Shown: positions 27,201 through 39,470 of the stretch, piece after piece
Layout of the letters: each line of letters begins with the position of its first letter
Numbering within the stretch: position 1 is the first letter of the stretch
Assembly: GCF_004010195.1 (NCBI RefSeq)
Contig: NC_057752.1
Location: forward strand, 6,026,044-6,090,043
Length of the DNA: 64,000 bases
Direction: 5' to 3'
DNA from: Chiloscyllium plagiosum
Taxonomy: Eukaryota
Program-made: the position numbers and the translations under genes
The notes under the pieces: model-generated
What the model saw: the letters and a program-made list of their open reading frames with translations, nothing else
Told to the model about the DNA's origin: nothing
Databases searched by the model: none

Positions 27201-30200
27201 AGCAATACGTTCTATCTACAAGATGCACTGCAGAAATTCACCAAAGATCCTTGCACAGCACTTTCCAAACGCACAGCCACTTCCATCCAGAAGGTCAAGG
27301 GCAGCAGGCACACGGAACCACAACCCCCTGCAAATTCCCCTTGAAGACACTCACCATACTGACTTGGAAATATATTGCTGTTCCTTCACTGTCGGTGGGC
27401 CAAAATCCTGGAATTCCTTCCCTAAACGTGTCTACTTACAGCAGTGGGAGTGCAGTGATTCAAGAAGGCAGCTCACCATCACATACTCAAGGGCAACTAG
27501 GGACTGACAATAAATCCTGGCCAGCCAGTGATGCCCACATCCCACGAATGAATATTAATAAAAAAAACTGGACATTGGCTTGGCTCAGCAGCCACCCAAT
27601 AATGCGACTCAGAGCCAAATCATTTGAAGAAGGGCAGTAGAGGCACTAGACCACAGCATCAGCAGCACCAGAGGCAAGTACACATGCTGCCTGACCTGCT
27701 GTGCTTTTCCAGCACCACTCTAATTTAGACCGCAAAAACACAAGACACTAACTGTGGGGAAGGAGCAAAGTGCCCATACCTATCTCCAAGAATCTTTCGA
27801 CCCTGCAAGTCATGGTGAACTCCTTCCGGTGGGCAGGACCAGATTCCTGAGTGACCGTATATTCCGGAAGTCTCCATCCTTTCTGAACCACCAGCTCCTG
27901 GAAAGAAAGAACACACACTAAGCGGAATGTTACTGATGGTAAAGCGCCAGTGCACTAATCTGTTTAATCGCTTCAGCATTTAACACCGATGCACCTCCAA
28001 CATCCGTGGCTCCTCAAACATAATAGAGGCCTTTAAAATTATGAGGGGTTTTGTGGTATACTGGATAGTGTCCCCGACTCTGAGGAAGAAACTCAGGGTT
28101 CAAGTCTCGCTCCAGGACTTGGTGGCTATGTCCATAATGTGGCCAAACAGGTCAAGGGAATCCTTCCAGAACATGCTGATAACAGGCATAGAGTCATACA
28201 ATATGGAAACAGACCCTTCAGTCCACGCCAACCAAATCCCCAACTAAACTAGTGTGACCTGCCTGCACTTGGGCAATGTCCCTCCAAACACCTCTTATTT
28301 GCGTACTTTTTAAAATGCCTTTTAAACATTGTAACTGTACCTGTACCCACCACTTCTCCTGGAAGTCCATTCCACAGATAAACCACTTTTATTAAAAAAA
28401 ATTGTCCGTGTCCTTTTTAAAATCTTTCTCCTCTCACCTTAAAAATATACCCCCCAGTCTTAAAATCCCCCACCACAGAGAAAAGATACCTGCCATTCAT
28501 ATTACCTATACCCCTTATGATATTATAAACCTCTCAACCTCCTACGATCGAGTGAAAAAAGAAGTCCCAGCCTATCCAGCCTCTCCTTTTAAGTCAAACT
28601 CTCTATTGCCAGAAACACCCTGGTAAATCTTCTCTGAACCCTCTCCAGTTTAATAATATCCTTCCTGTAACAGGGTGACCAGAATTGAGGGAGAGATTCC
28701 CGTTCAGCCAAGCAACAGAAAGGATATCGGAGCTTCTACCATCGCTCTCCATAGCTCCTGGCTATAGCATAAACACGCACCACAGGTTGGCTAAATGACC
28801 GATCTGGATAAAACTGCTGGCAGCAGCACAGTGCTTGATCATCGCCTTGTATGCAGAGAAGATTGTGACATTGTGGTTTAGACCTATCACGGCAGAGAAC
28901 CCAAGGAGATTATGAAGGGGTAGATTTTGCAGCAGCTGTTTCCAACTGATGGGAAGAGCAAAACTAAGATAGCCCCGAATAAAACTAACAGGGAATCCAG
29001 GAGGAATTCTTTATCCAAAAGAGGAAAGAATGCAAGGCGTGCGACCACAAGAAATTATAAAGATGTATAGGATAGAAGAGGCAGCTAAGAAAACATGAAA
29101 GAAAGGAACATGGGAATAGAATGAGATGAAATAGGGTGCAGGAAGTATAAACACCAACATGACCTGTTGGGCCGAATAGACTGTTTCGGTACTCTACGTT
29201 ACAAATGAAGGAATCAGTGTATGTGTATTCTGAATGTTGGGAGATAAACAAGACGACAATACCTGTAAAGCCCCTACAGGGTTGCATTCCGCCAGCTGAG
29301 CAGAGCTAGAGCTTTTGGATTCAGTGCCAGAGATCCTGGAGGGCGTTACAAAAAAGAGAACAATGGAATAAGGAAAATTCACAAGTTATAAATATTTTTC
29401 ACAATCAATGAAGGCATTTTTCTTTAGGCAGCCATGCCTCTCCAAAATAAATGCAGAGGAGAGAGCTGGGTGACTTACCCCACAATTCCAGACCAACAAA
29501 ACCTTTATCATACACAAACGTATTAATGTCGAGCTTCAGGGAGAATGACGCTACAGTGATTTCTGCAGTTCCTGCTTACTGCCTGCTGCTACTCTCTGTG
29601 GGCCAACTGGAAGCCAATATGCAAACCTTCAATGCATTTCTCAACCAGGCAGATACGCACACAAGGGGCTGCACAGCACAGAATTTGGTGGCAGGGTGTG
29701 AGAGAGGACAGAGAAAGAACAATGAAACAAGACAGTTGACGAGACACCAATTCATAAAACCCATAGAGGTAAGTAAAATAAAATCAGCTCACCAAAGCTC
29801 CGGAAACACCAGAGACCACAAGGATCACTTGTAAGAGTGGGATATGGAGAAACTCTGCTTCGGTTGTTCCTTCCATAACTAGTCTCCCCAGCAACTTGGC
29901 TGGAATAGATATTAATGTACAGTAGCTTAGTGCTTCAGGTACTGGACTGGGCGGTTGTGAGCTCACTTCCCTGAATGGCAATTCAATAAATGTAGCAAAT
30001 TGTGGATTAGAGCCAGAAAATTTTTAAAAACTGAAAAATGCTATTGTTTTATAACATAAGAAATAGGATCAGGAGAAGGTCATTCAGATCTTTGAGTCCA
30101 CTCTGTCATTATAAGATCAAATCTACAACCTGATTTTCCTGCATTATCCTCACATCCCTCAATATCTTTAATATCTCAAAATCTATTGATCTCCTTATTC

Positions 30201-33200
30201 AAAATAATAAATGACTGAGTCTCCATAGTCCTCTAGGACAGAGATTTCCAAAGATTCACCACTCTGAGTGAAGAAATCTCTCCTTGTTGCCTACCTGATT
30301 CTGAGACGGATTCCCTGGTTTTGCCCCCTTCCTCCCCCAGTCAGACGAAGCACCCTTTGTGCAGCCACCCTGTCATTCCTTGTAAAAACTTTGATGTGAA
30401 AATCCAATTGCTTCACCCATGCCCTTCAAGAGGGGGAACCTCTATTCTTACCTGCTTTGAACTGTGAGCTGATACAAGTTCCAGTAAGTGTTTCACTCTG
30501 TCCACCCTCAGGCCTACCATAAGGGAAGTTAGTTAATATTGTCTTGCCAGTGTTGCTCACTATTTTTGAAACTAAAACATATATCTGTGTCTCTGCTGTG
30601 TGGTGTTGTGCGTTAACAGACACAGGCTTACACCAGTATCGCATTTGGACTGTACATTTCACTGGGTCTTACTTCAACAAGAGTAACCCATCAGTTGATC
30701 TTCCTCCTTTCCTGTCTGAGGCAGGTATCTCCAGTTTCTAGTCTCTGTACAATCTAGGTCAGAGCTGGCCCAAGTGGAAATAAACTATGAGCCCACGTCC
30801 TTCTAATGGTACAGCACAGGCCCAACACACTGAATCACTGCCAGATTGAACAACCTGGGAGTTAAACAAGCAGGAATTTTTAGAAAAACAAAATTTACAC
30901 AGCTGAAAATGTGTTGCTGGAAAAGCGCAGCAGGTCAGGCAGCATCCAAGGAGCAGGAGAATCGACGTTTCGAGCATAAGCCCTTCTTCAGGAAGGGCTC
31001 ATGCCCGAAACGTTGATTCTGCTCCTTGGATGCTGCCTGACCTGCTGCGCTTTTCCAGCAACACATTTTCAGCTCTGATCTCCAGCATCTGCAGCCCTCA
31101 CTTTCTCCTCGAAAATTCACACAGCGCCTTGTCACGTCTCCAAGAAACGTTTATAAAGCGCTTCACTTTTATGTTTAGCGACTGTCAGTGCAGGCAAATG
31201 CAGCAGCCCCATTTTGCGCACAGCAAGATCCCACACTGCACGAGGAATGCTTCTGACGGTTCTGGTTGGGAGTGGAATGAGTTCTTCATACCCATGGCCA
31301 GCTATTACTAACATCAAGTTGTTGGATTAGGCATTTGTGCAGATAAGCATGATGTAATACCAGTCTCAAAGTAAATCTCAAACGCAAGGGCAAATTCCCT
31401 CTCTCACTTCCATAAATGGATTATTTTCAAAAAGACAATGACAAAAAAATTCAGCATTATTGGGAATGCATCAAGGGAATTGACAATGGATTGGTCAACT
31501 AAATGGATTGAAGGTCTACCTTTGAAATGGTTAGCATGTTTAACATGAAATAGAAAAACTTTTCCTGACAACTTTAACACTTTCTACAATGATAGACTGC
31601 CTCACTGGATGAAAACATGCCATCAGTATTGCCGGTTCAAGTTTACGGGCTGTAATTGAGAAACCAAGGAACTGACTTTGACACAAATTCAGGGCGCTGA
31701 CTCCAGTACATTATACTTTAAAGCATATAGCAACTTCATAAAGTTCTAACTATTTGTAATCGCCAACAACATATTACACACCAATGGCACTTAAAAACAC
31801 TGCATGTGGAGCAATTGAGTTTTACAGCTCCCAGGCTCAGGTTCTCATCTCCAAGTTAGTTCAGAGAAGGAACTTGCATTTGCATAGCGCGGCTATCACA
31901 TTTTTCAAAAACATTCCAAAATGCTTCACAGACAGTATCTTGCTTTGAATTGAAGTGCAGTGACTTATGTAGGCAAATGCCGCAGCCATTTTGCGCACCG
32001 CGATGTCCTGTAAACGACAACAGGAGGAGTAAGCTGTCAATCAAACTTTGAGGGGGAGGCAGGTTCAAGGAGCAATGTTGGCCCCAAGGACTCTGGACAA
32101 GCTCCTTCTCAAATGTCACACCCACCTAAAACCAATCGGAACATGGAAATGGCCATTTTAGTTTGTCTCATTTGAACATTTGACCTGTACTGCATCGCCA
32201 GCCAGGGCAGGCAAAAAAGGGAATATATTTGGAAAGGAGGAAAATATCATGAAGAAGGTTCCTGTTTTTGAGCACCAGCCAGCACCCCCTGGTGGTGAAA
32301 GTGCAAGATAAGAGAATAGCACTCACTGGGAATAGCTATGATGCCCTCGTGATTGAACAGCGAATCAACACGCTGCTAGGGCTAGTCCTTCAGGAATGAC
32401 CATTTAGGTGAAGTCTTGGAAAGCTGACAGCACTTGAGGAATGGTTTCCCTGCATATGTCACTGCCTTTTGGAAGAGATGGGGGGGGGGGGGGGAGAAGG
32501 GCAGACAAAATAGGGTTGAATATCACCATTAGAAGATGGAATGGAAAGCTCTTCCTAGGTGCAGTTAGCTATTCACGTACTTGACTCCATCCAACATGGG
32601 CTCCAACATGTTTCCTCCCTTTAGTAATTTCAGGGCAGCTTCCGCTGCCTTGTGCTTTGCTGCCTTTTTGCTAGGCCCCTGACCTGAGGGGGGAAAAACA
32701 TTAATTAAAACACAACTTTAAATAAAAGCCACAAAACACCAGCCAACCATAAAGCAACTAATTGAAACGGCCACAAAAAAAAGCCTTCAGTCCAGATACA
32801 TGAGCTGAATTGATGCTCAGACAGATCTGAATAGCCTGCCTCAGAGCAAGTTAGTCGATGACAGAAATGCACCTCAATTCCATTATGTGCGGAACTTTTT
32901 CAGAGCCGTCAGTTTGGCTCTGTTGCTAATCAGCTAGCAAGCATGCTCCACCTGGACCAGAGATCATGGGATCAAAACCCACCCTTGCTCAGGAGCATAT
33001 ACAACATTCCAGATCAGCATTGTATTGAAGGCACAAACCACTTTCTCACATGGGAAAGACCAGGGCACCATTAAATAAGAAAGACAGTTCATCTAGTGTG
33101 CCAGTTAAAACACTTCCCTCATCCCAACATCAGTAAAATGAAAAAGAAAACTGGACATTCATCGCAACACTTTGTGGGATCTTGCTGTGCACAACACGAC

Positions 33201-36200
33201 CAGAACATGGGCTGCCTCGAAATAAAAATAGTTGTCCCCACTGAGAAGTAATCCATGCAGCTTGCATTTTGGTTTTGCTCGCAGTTATCAGGCGGTTTGC
33301 GCTCACAAAAACAGGTAAGGGGAGTTACGGCAGATCAGACTCACCGAGTCTGTTTCAATAAAAAATTGATTCAATGTGCTTTTGAACGTTACAATGACCC
33401 TAAGAGTTAATCCTGTGGGGAATTCCGAAAAAAAAAATGCATATCCCCAGACAGCAGAGAGCATATGGAACTTTCTCCCATGTGGAGTTGATGCAAATAG
33501 TAGAGATATATTTAAAGGCAAATACATGAAGGAGAAAGGAATAGAATGTTAAACTGCTAAGAGATGAAGAGGATGGAAGAAGGCTTTAGTGCACCAATGT
33601 GTCAAATGGTCAATTTCTGTACATCACATTCCCTGTAAAGATTCTGGTCTCTGCCTGTCTAAAGACTAGTGCCCATTCATTTCAGATCTGTCAAATGATG
33701 ATCCACTTCTACATGCATCACCTGGGTCTACTTTGGACTGCCTGTTATTCAACCCTAGTATTCTTCCCAGCCCTCAATGCGGATGCCATTAGAAAATCTT
33801 GTACGCGCCAGCACAAAGCAGGCGCAAACATCATGAATGCCACTGTTTTGCTACAGATTGACAAAGGCTGGAGACTTGTCTCAAGCGGCTTCCTTAACCA
33901 GCTCCGGAAGCAATGCAATTCTCTACATCATTCTGCACTATGAACAGAAGAACAATTTGCTGGAAAACAATGTTTATCTCAAAACATGAAAGCAACCAGT
34001 ATCATTTGATTACACAGATGACATTATGATCTTAAGCAGTGCTGTGTGTTGCAAAAGTCAACAGGGGAAAAGAAAATAGGAAGAAGAGATGGCATATGGT
34101 GAACGCTACGGGTTTTGAAAATCATCACCCCGAAACAGAAACATTAAATGAGATTCCCAAAACACTGCTAAGCATGTCATGGAATGAAATCAGAATGTGA
34201 CCCAATTAGTCTTAATAGAGCATCATGACTAGAAAAGGAATCAACAGTCCCTTCATTTACCACATGGACCTTCCATTTTAAATTGAGAAGTCAATTTAAA
34301 GAGCTCTACAAATATGGAGTTAAGCGACACCACAATCAATGATATCTCGTTAACCTTATCAGGGCTGAACACATCACCCAGGCTCCACAGAAATAGAAAG
34401 CAAACCTTCATCTGATGCCGGGAGACTCATTGTAGTTAATTAGACAAAAACAGGATTTTGTTTTTAGGTTTTAAACTGGATTCTGTACATGAAGCATTTT
34501 GCTCTTACTGTCCCCAAATAGTGATCAAACTGTCACACTGAAGAACAAGGTACAAACCTGTGCAGTTAATCTCTCCGACTGTCACTCGGAAAGTGAAATT
34601 GGGTTGGTGGGCTTGGCCCTCAGCTTTCAGCAAGTCATACACCGGTGTCTTTCCAATCCTTGTTCCATACTCCTGCAGTAAACTAATAGGCGTCTTCCCA
34701 GGGTTTGAGGCCAGCATTTGCTCAATACTGTGTGAAAAATAACAAGAAAAAATTATTACAGAATTTGGAGATAAGTGCTTCTAAACCAACATCTTCCTGG
34801 CATCTGCCACCTTCTGTCTGAAAGGTATTCTGACCACCCTGTTAAGTACTATATATTCATCTAAGGTCCATTTTTACCCCTCACTGAGAAGCTGAAAAGC
34901 CCAAGTTAATTTACATACCTCATTCCCTAGAACAGGGGTTACTCATGTTGCTCTCCTCTGCATCTTCTGGTGGATGCAATATTCCAGCTACTTCACTTGC
35001 ATGAAAGGAGTGAAAAACAACGCTACCTGTAGATTTCTTTTAATTTCCTCTTGGCAAATTCTATGCTGCTCCTCAATTTGTGCTTCCTAGCTTCACTTCC
35101 ACTTTGCAATACCTTGCATTTGGCTCAACAGAAGTATACTTGTTACTGACAGTTCAAATCTTGTCTAGCTCTGGCCTCTTGCATACCTCCAATTTCCAGC
35201 TGTCCCCCCAACTAACAGCCATACTTTCAGTTGCTGGGTGCCAAGCTGTGGAATTCCCCCTCACAACCTCTTTTTTTACCTTTACGATGCTTATTAAATC
35301 TGTCTCTTTGACCAAGCTTTTGGACCATCTGTCCTCATGTGTTTGATAAGACTCTAGCAAAGGGCCATGGGATATCACAGAATGTTAAAGGGACTAACTG
35401 TATCAAGCTGTTGAGTGATGATCTCCAAGTGTAACAATTGTGGAGGGAGCAACAGCGGGAGAAGGCACTTTGCGCTTGACACGGCTGACATATTGGCAAA
35501 TACAAGCCCAAAATGCACAATAGCTCAGAAACAAATCTTCATCCCATGTTTCAAGCAACACTTGGCATTCCTTTAATTCACTGCAGTCAAAGCTCCTGTC
35601 ACTTTACTTACAAACTCTCTGCCCCAATTTCTATTCGGTTAGTCTGTATTTCAGGCTGAACGGCAGGGGTAAGCATATAAAAGATTATCAATACTGTGAA
35701 GCTAGGTTTTAAATGTACAGTGGATTAATCTCAAAGGATCTTTATATAGAGTTGCTCACAGCAAAATGTCCCGAGGAAGGCACTGCACTACATGGTAAGG
35801 CTTTGGTTACTGAGTGAAAGCAGAAGTTAAAATGGAAGTGGCCAAAGCCACAGTCAAAGAGGCAGGCATTGAGATAACTTTTGAATGCTAAGAGAGACTT
35901 AGCAAGGTTGAGGTGGTTTACAAAGAAGATTCTTGAGTGCAGCGGCTTGACAGCAGAAGACTTTGTGACCATAGGTATCTAATAGACTAGATGTAGGAAT
36001 TTCCCAGGCATAATCTACTTGGCAAACCACTTTCCTAAAAAGCCAGAGAATTTAGGCACAGACACAGTTTAAGACCCATAATCCTGCAGCCTCTTAATTT
36101 GTTCAGGGGTACAGGCAGATGTTCACCGGTTACAACAATGCAGCCATGAACCAAACAGTGCCACAACTTTCCTGCATTTGTCCAGTCAGAGATATCCTAA

Positions 36201-39200
36201 CGTTGAAGCATTTGTTTGCAAGGTTGTTTGGAGCCGGTGAAAAGGTTCCCATTGTTCAATGATAAAGCCACAGTGCTACTCACGAGACTGGTCTATTAAC
36301 TGTATTCTACAATAGACAGTTTTGCATATCCAACCTAATATTAGGTGAAATGATATTTTGGAAGCATCTTGATGTTAATCTGTGTTTACATTCTTCTCAC
36401 TTGCCTCCTTCAAACATATGGAGGATGGCATACATGTGTCCTGGCAGCTTTTTGTACACAAATTGTTGATGCCTCATCCAAATAAATACTTTTTTTTTGG
36501 ATCTAATGAGTCTTTACAGCTCCACACAAAAAGCTAGCATCCATGTTCAGTGGGTGATCGGAAAGGCAATTGGAATATTGACATTTATTTCAAAGGGGAG
36601 TGAGTATAAAATAGGAAGATTTTGCTAAAAACTTGCCACAGACTTGGAATCCAGTGAAGTTTTGGGGCCATTGTCTAAGGAAAGATATACTGGCATTGGA
36701 GGCAATCCAGAGAGGGTTCAGGAGGCTGATACCAGGTATGGAGAAACTGTCATATGTGAAGAGGTTGGGCAGGTTGGACCTATACTCGTTGGAATTTAGA
36801 AGAATGAAAGGCAATCTTATTGAAACATGCAAGATTCTTACAGCTTGACAGGTAGATATGGGAAGGTTGACTTCCTTCGTGGGAGAGCCCAGGACCACAG
36901 GGCATAATCTCACTGTAAAAGGGTGCCCACAGAGATGAGGAATTTCTTCTCTAGAGGGTAACGAATTTGTGGAATTCTTTAGTGCAAAGGGCTGTCGAGG
37001 CCAGGTCACTAAGTGTATTCAAGGCTGAGTTAGACAGGAGACATCAACAGAACAGGAGAGATTTGGGAATCCTCATCCATGAATCATAAAGAGCTAGCAC
37101 CTAAGTTCAGCAAGTAACAGGAAAGGCAAATGGAATGGCATTTCTTCATTTTAAAAGAGCTTGGGTACGAGTGAGATTAGGGTAGGAGCTCAATAATCAG
37201 CCTTGATCATAATAAATGGTGGAGCAGACTCAAGGGGCCAAATGGCCCACTCCTGCTCCTATCTTCATCTTCAATAGATATAGAAAGGTCTTGCAAAATT
37301 AGTCAAGACACTAGCCAGACCACAGCTGGAATAGTGAGAACAATTTTGGTCCTTTATCTTAGCAAAGATAAACTAGCATTGGAGACAGTCCAGAGGAAGT
37401 TCACTCAGCTGATCCCGGGTATGGAGGGAAGTGCCTTACAAGGAGAGGTTGAGTATGTTGAGCCTGTACTCATTGATGTTTAGAAAAATGAGAGATGACC
37501 TTACTGAAATGTACAAGATTCTTACAGCAGACTTGAGAGGGTAAACGCAGAGAGGTTGATTCCCCTTGTGGGAGAGTCTAGGACCAGGTGACACAATCTT
37601 AGAATAAGGGGTTGCACATTCAAGGCCGAGATGAGTAGGAATTTCTTCTCTTAAAGGGTAGTGAATCTGTGGCATTCTTTACTGCAGCATGCTGTCGAGG
37701 CTGAGTCAGTCATTATATTTCAGGCTGAAATGGACAGAATTTGAATCAGTAAAGAAATCAAGGGTTAAAAGGACAATGCAAGAGGTGGAGTTGAGGATTA
37801 TCAGATCAGGCATGATATTGAATGCCAGAGCAGACTCTATGGTTTGAGCAGGGCGAAAATGAGGACTGCAGATGCTGGAGATCAGAGTCAAGATTAGAGT
37901 GGTGCTGGAAAAGTACAGCAGGTCAGGCAGCATCCGAGGAGCAGAAAATTGAAGTTTCGGGCAGGAGCCCTTCAACAGGAATGAGCTAATTCCTGAAGGG
38001 CTCCTGCCCAAAACGTCAATTTTCCTGCTCCTCGGATGCTGCTTGTCCTGCTGTGCTTTTCCAGCACCACTCTATGGTTTGAGCAGCCTAATTCAGCTTT
38101 TATGTCTGTCTTATGACCTTATTGACATGCCAGCTGTGACTCAGTTGGCAACATGCTTGCCTCCAAGTTCTGGATTCATTACCCAAATTAGGGGCACAAA
38201 AATCCAAAGAACACAAGAAATAGCACCAGGGGCCCAGGTTCGATTCCACCCTTGGGTGATTGTCTATGTGGAGTTTGCATATTCTCCTCAAGTTTGCGTG
38301 GGTTTCTTCCAGATGCTCTGGTTTTCTTCCACAGTCCAAAGACAAAGTCAGAAGTCACAATACTAGGCTATGATCCAACAGGTTTATTTAAAATCACAAG
38401 CTTTCAGAGCCCTGCTTCTTCATGAGGGTGAACTCCACCTGACAAAGGAGCAGTGCTCAAAAAGCTTGTGATTTTAACTAAACCTGTTGAGCTTTAACCT
38501 GGTATTGTGTAATTTCTGACTTTGCCCACCCTGGTCCAACACCAGCACTCCACATCATGGCTACCAGTCCAAAGATGAGCAGATTAAGCACACTGACTAT
38601 GCTAAATTATACATAGTGTCCAGGGACATGCAGGCTTGGTGGATTAGCCATGGGAATTGCAGAGTTACAGGAATTATATAGTGTGTGGTCTGGGTGGAAT
38701 GCTCTTCAGAGGGTCAGTGTGGACACGAAGGGCCAAACAGCCTGCTTCTATAGTGTTAGGATTCTGTAAGGCCCGTCAAACCTAAACATGATCATGGCTA
38801 ACTTCAGGCTTGAATTCTACTTTTCCAGAGAAGACATTGTCAGAGATACTGGACCCATTGTTAAATCAAATCTACCCTCTCGGTAGGTAGGCAAGGTGCA
38901 ATGGCACTATTTCGAAAATAAGGAGAATTAGACCCATTATGGCAAATATTTCATCCCCCAAACTAGATGCTCCGAGATCATTATCACATACTTGAGAGAG
39001 CATGTAAACTGTCGGTACCTTCCTACCTCACAACACAGGCGACACTTCAAAAGGGCCGCAAAGCGCATTGGGAGGTCCTGAGTATGGGAAAGGTGAGATA
39101 TACAAATGCAACTCAAGGCGACCGGGTTTCTGCTCTGCAGCTCAAACGGTGAATGAACCTCAAACACAGGAAACAAAAGAACTTTTAATGCCAAGGTCGG

Positions 39201-39276
39201 AGGTCCTCCAGCTTCCTCTATACCTGGGACAGCTGGAAGTCTTCTTGGCTGCAGCAGCGGCCCGATCCTCCGTCAT
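21047..39276 (-). CDS. TARBP2: RISC-loading complex subunit TARBP2 (TRBP), spliced gene: exons 39276-39224, 34727-34558, 32683-32581, 29335-29263, 27897-27780, 25124-24997, 23631-23439, 21204-21047
   Basis: Joined exons (996 nt) give a 331-aa open frame with three dsRBDs: [30 protein letters not shown]..., [22 protein letters not shown]..., ...[12 protein letters not shown]. All junctions are GT-AG with compatible phases. Sequence matches TRBP rather than PACT/PRKRA. Confidence 0.96.
21370..21640 (-). mobile_element. LINE 3' fragment, same family as 1320-1932
   Basis: Reverse-complement similarity to 1640-1910. Confidence 0.6.
21820..22912 (-). mobile_element. CR1 LINE 3' fragment
   Basis: 220-aa RT ORF ([21 protein letters not shown]) and (cttatgt)-type tail. 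Confidence 0.9.
23439..23631 (-). CDS. TARBP2: TARBP2 exon (dsRBD3/Medipal)
   Basis: [64 protein letters not shown]; donor G|gtaagg; 193 nt. Confidence 0.95.
24997..25124 (-). CDS. TARBP2: TARBP2 exon (end of dsRBD2)
   Basis: [43 protein letters not shown]; donor ATT|gtaagt; 128 nt. Confidence 0.96.
26590..27560 (+). mobile_element. LINE 3' fragment (second CR1/L2-group family) in TARBP2 intron
   Basis: [44 protein letters not shown]-terminus. Confidence 0.82.
27780..27897 (-). CDS. TARBP2: TARBP2 exon (dsRBD2)
   Basis: [39 protein letters not shown]; 118 nt; canonical splice sites. Confidence 0.96.
28185..28688 (-). mobile_element. CR1 3' fragment
   Basis: Similar to 60280-60800. Confidence 0.75.
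29263..29335 (-). CDS. TARBP2: TARBP2 exon (linker end / start of dsRBD2)
   Basis: [24 protein letters not shown]; polypyrimidine tract + ccag| acceptor, CAG|gtattg donor; 73 nt. Confidence 0.93.
30900..31111. mobile_element. Palindromic PLE-derived hairpin element
   Basis: ~90-bp inverted arms centred near 30988; homologous to the PLE terminus at 15950-16035; flanks aaaatttacacagc / aaaattcacacagc. Confidence 0.75.
32281..32297 (-). promoter_or_regulatory. CTCF-like motif
   Basis: Minus strand CACCACCAGGGGGTGCT versus consensus CCACCAGGGGGCGC. Confidence 0.5.
32581..32683 (-). CDS. TARBP2: TARBP2 exon 3 (end of dsRBD1)
   Basis: [34 protein letters not shown]; ctcag| acceptor, AA|gtacgt donor; 103 nt. 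Confidence 0.95.
34558..34727 (-). CDS. TARBP2: TARBP2 exon 2 (dsRBD1)
   Basis: cacag|T ATT GAG CAA ATG... [56 protein letters not shown]; donor G|gtttgt; 170 nt. Confidence 0.96.
36510..38122 (+). mobile_element. Two adjacent CR1 3' fragments with nested inserts
   Basis: [20 protein letters not shown]; the segment is repeated at 37050-37830. Confidence 0.75.
37852..38070. mobile_element. Palindromic PLE-derived hairpin element
   Basis: Inverted arms around 37985; flanked by direct repeat actctatggtttgagcag (37834-37851, 38069-38086). Confidence 0.78.
38222..38768 (+). mobile_element. tRNA-derived SINE interrupted by a palindromic insert
   Basis: SINE body split at cagtccaaaga, duplicated at 38332-38342 and 38565-38575. 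Confidence 0.75.
38343..38564. mobile_element. Palindromic insert (second PLE-like/MITE-like family) inside a SINE
   Basis: Inverted arms aaagtcagaa...aacaggttta...aaaatcacaagctt / aagcttgtgatttt...aaacctgtt...ttctgacttt; 11-bp TSD. Confidence 0.7.
39224..39276 (-). CDS. TARBP2: TARBP2 coding exon 1 ([18 protein letters not shown])
   Basis: ATG at 39276 in CpG-rich DNA; donor CAG|gtatag; 53 nt, phase 2 joins exon 2 to give S-IEQM, placing the second Met at residue 22 as in human TRBP2. Confidence 0.85.
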
Positions 39277-39470
39277 CCCAGATGACAGTGCCGGCGATCG
39301 TGGCTCAGACGGCGGCGGCTCCGGCTTCTGCTGCTCGGTCCCTGCATAAGCACCAACGTCGCTCCCCACTGCGCAGGCGCAGCGGCTATTGCCACCACCA
39401 CTTCCGGTTCAGCGGTCAAGCCACAAAAAGCGCGCGAAAGGTCGAAGTGTTCAAAATGGCAGTGGAGCGT
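39277..39470 (-). promoter_or_regulatory. TARBP2 CpG-rich promoter/5' UTR with NRF1, ETS/GABP and YY1-like motifs
   Basis: TGCGCAGGCGCA 39370-39381; CACTTCCGG 39399-39407; CAAAATGGC 39452-39460; CpG density far above the flanks. Confidence 0.7.

Noticed and set aside
21047..39276. Calling the gene PRKRA because of the PLEKHA3-like neighbour
   Set aside because: dsRBD1, dsRBD2 and the C-terminus ([37 protein letters not shown]) are TRBP-type.
39160..39369. ORF-track 69-aa ORF as the TARBP2 N-terminus
   Set aside because: It starts at GTG and runs into intron 1; the ATG at 39276 reproduces the expected 53-nt exon and Met22 spacing.
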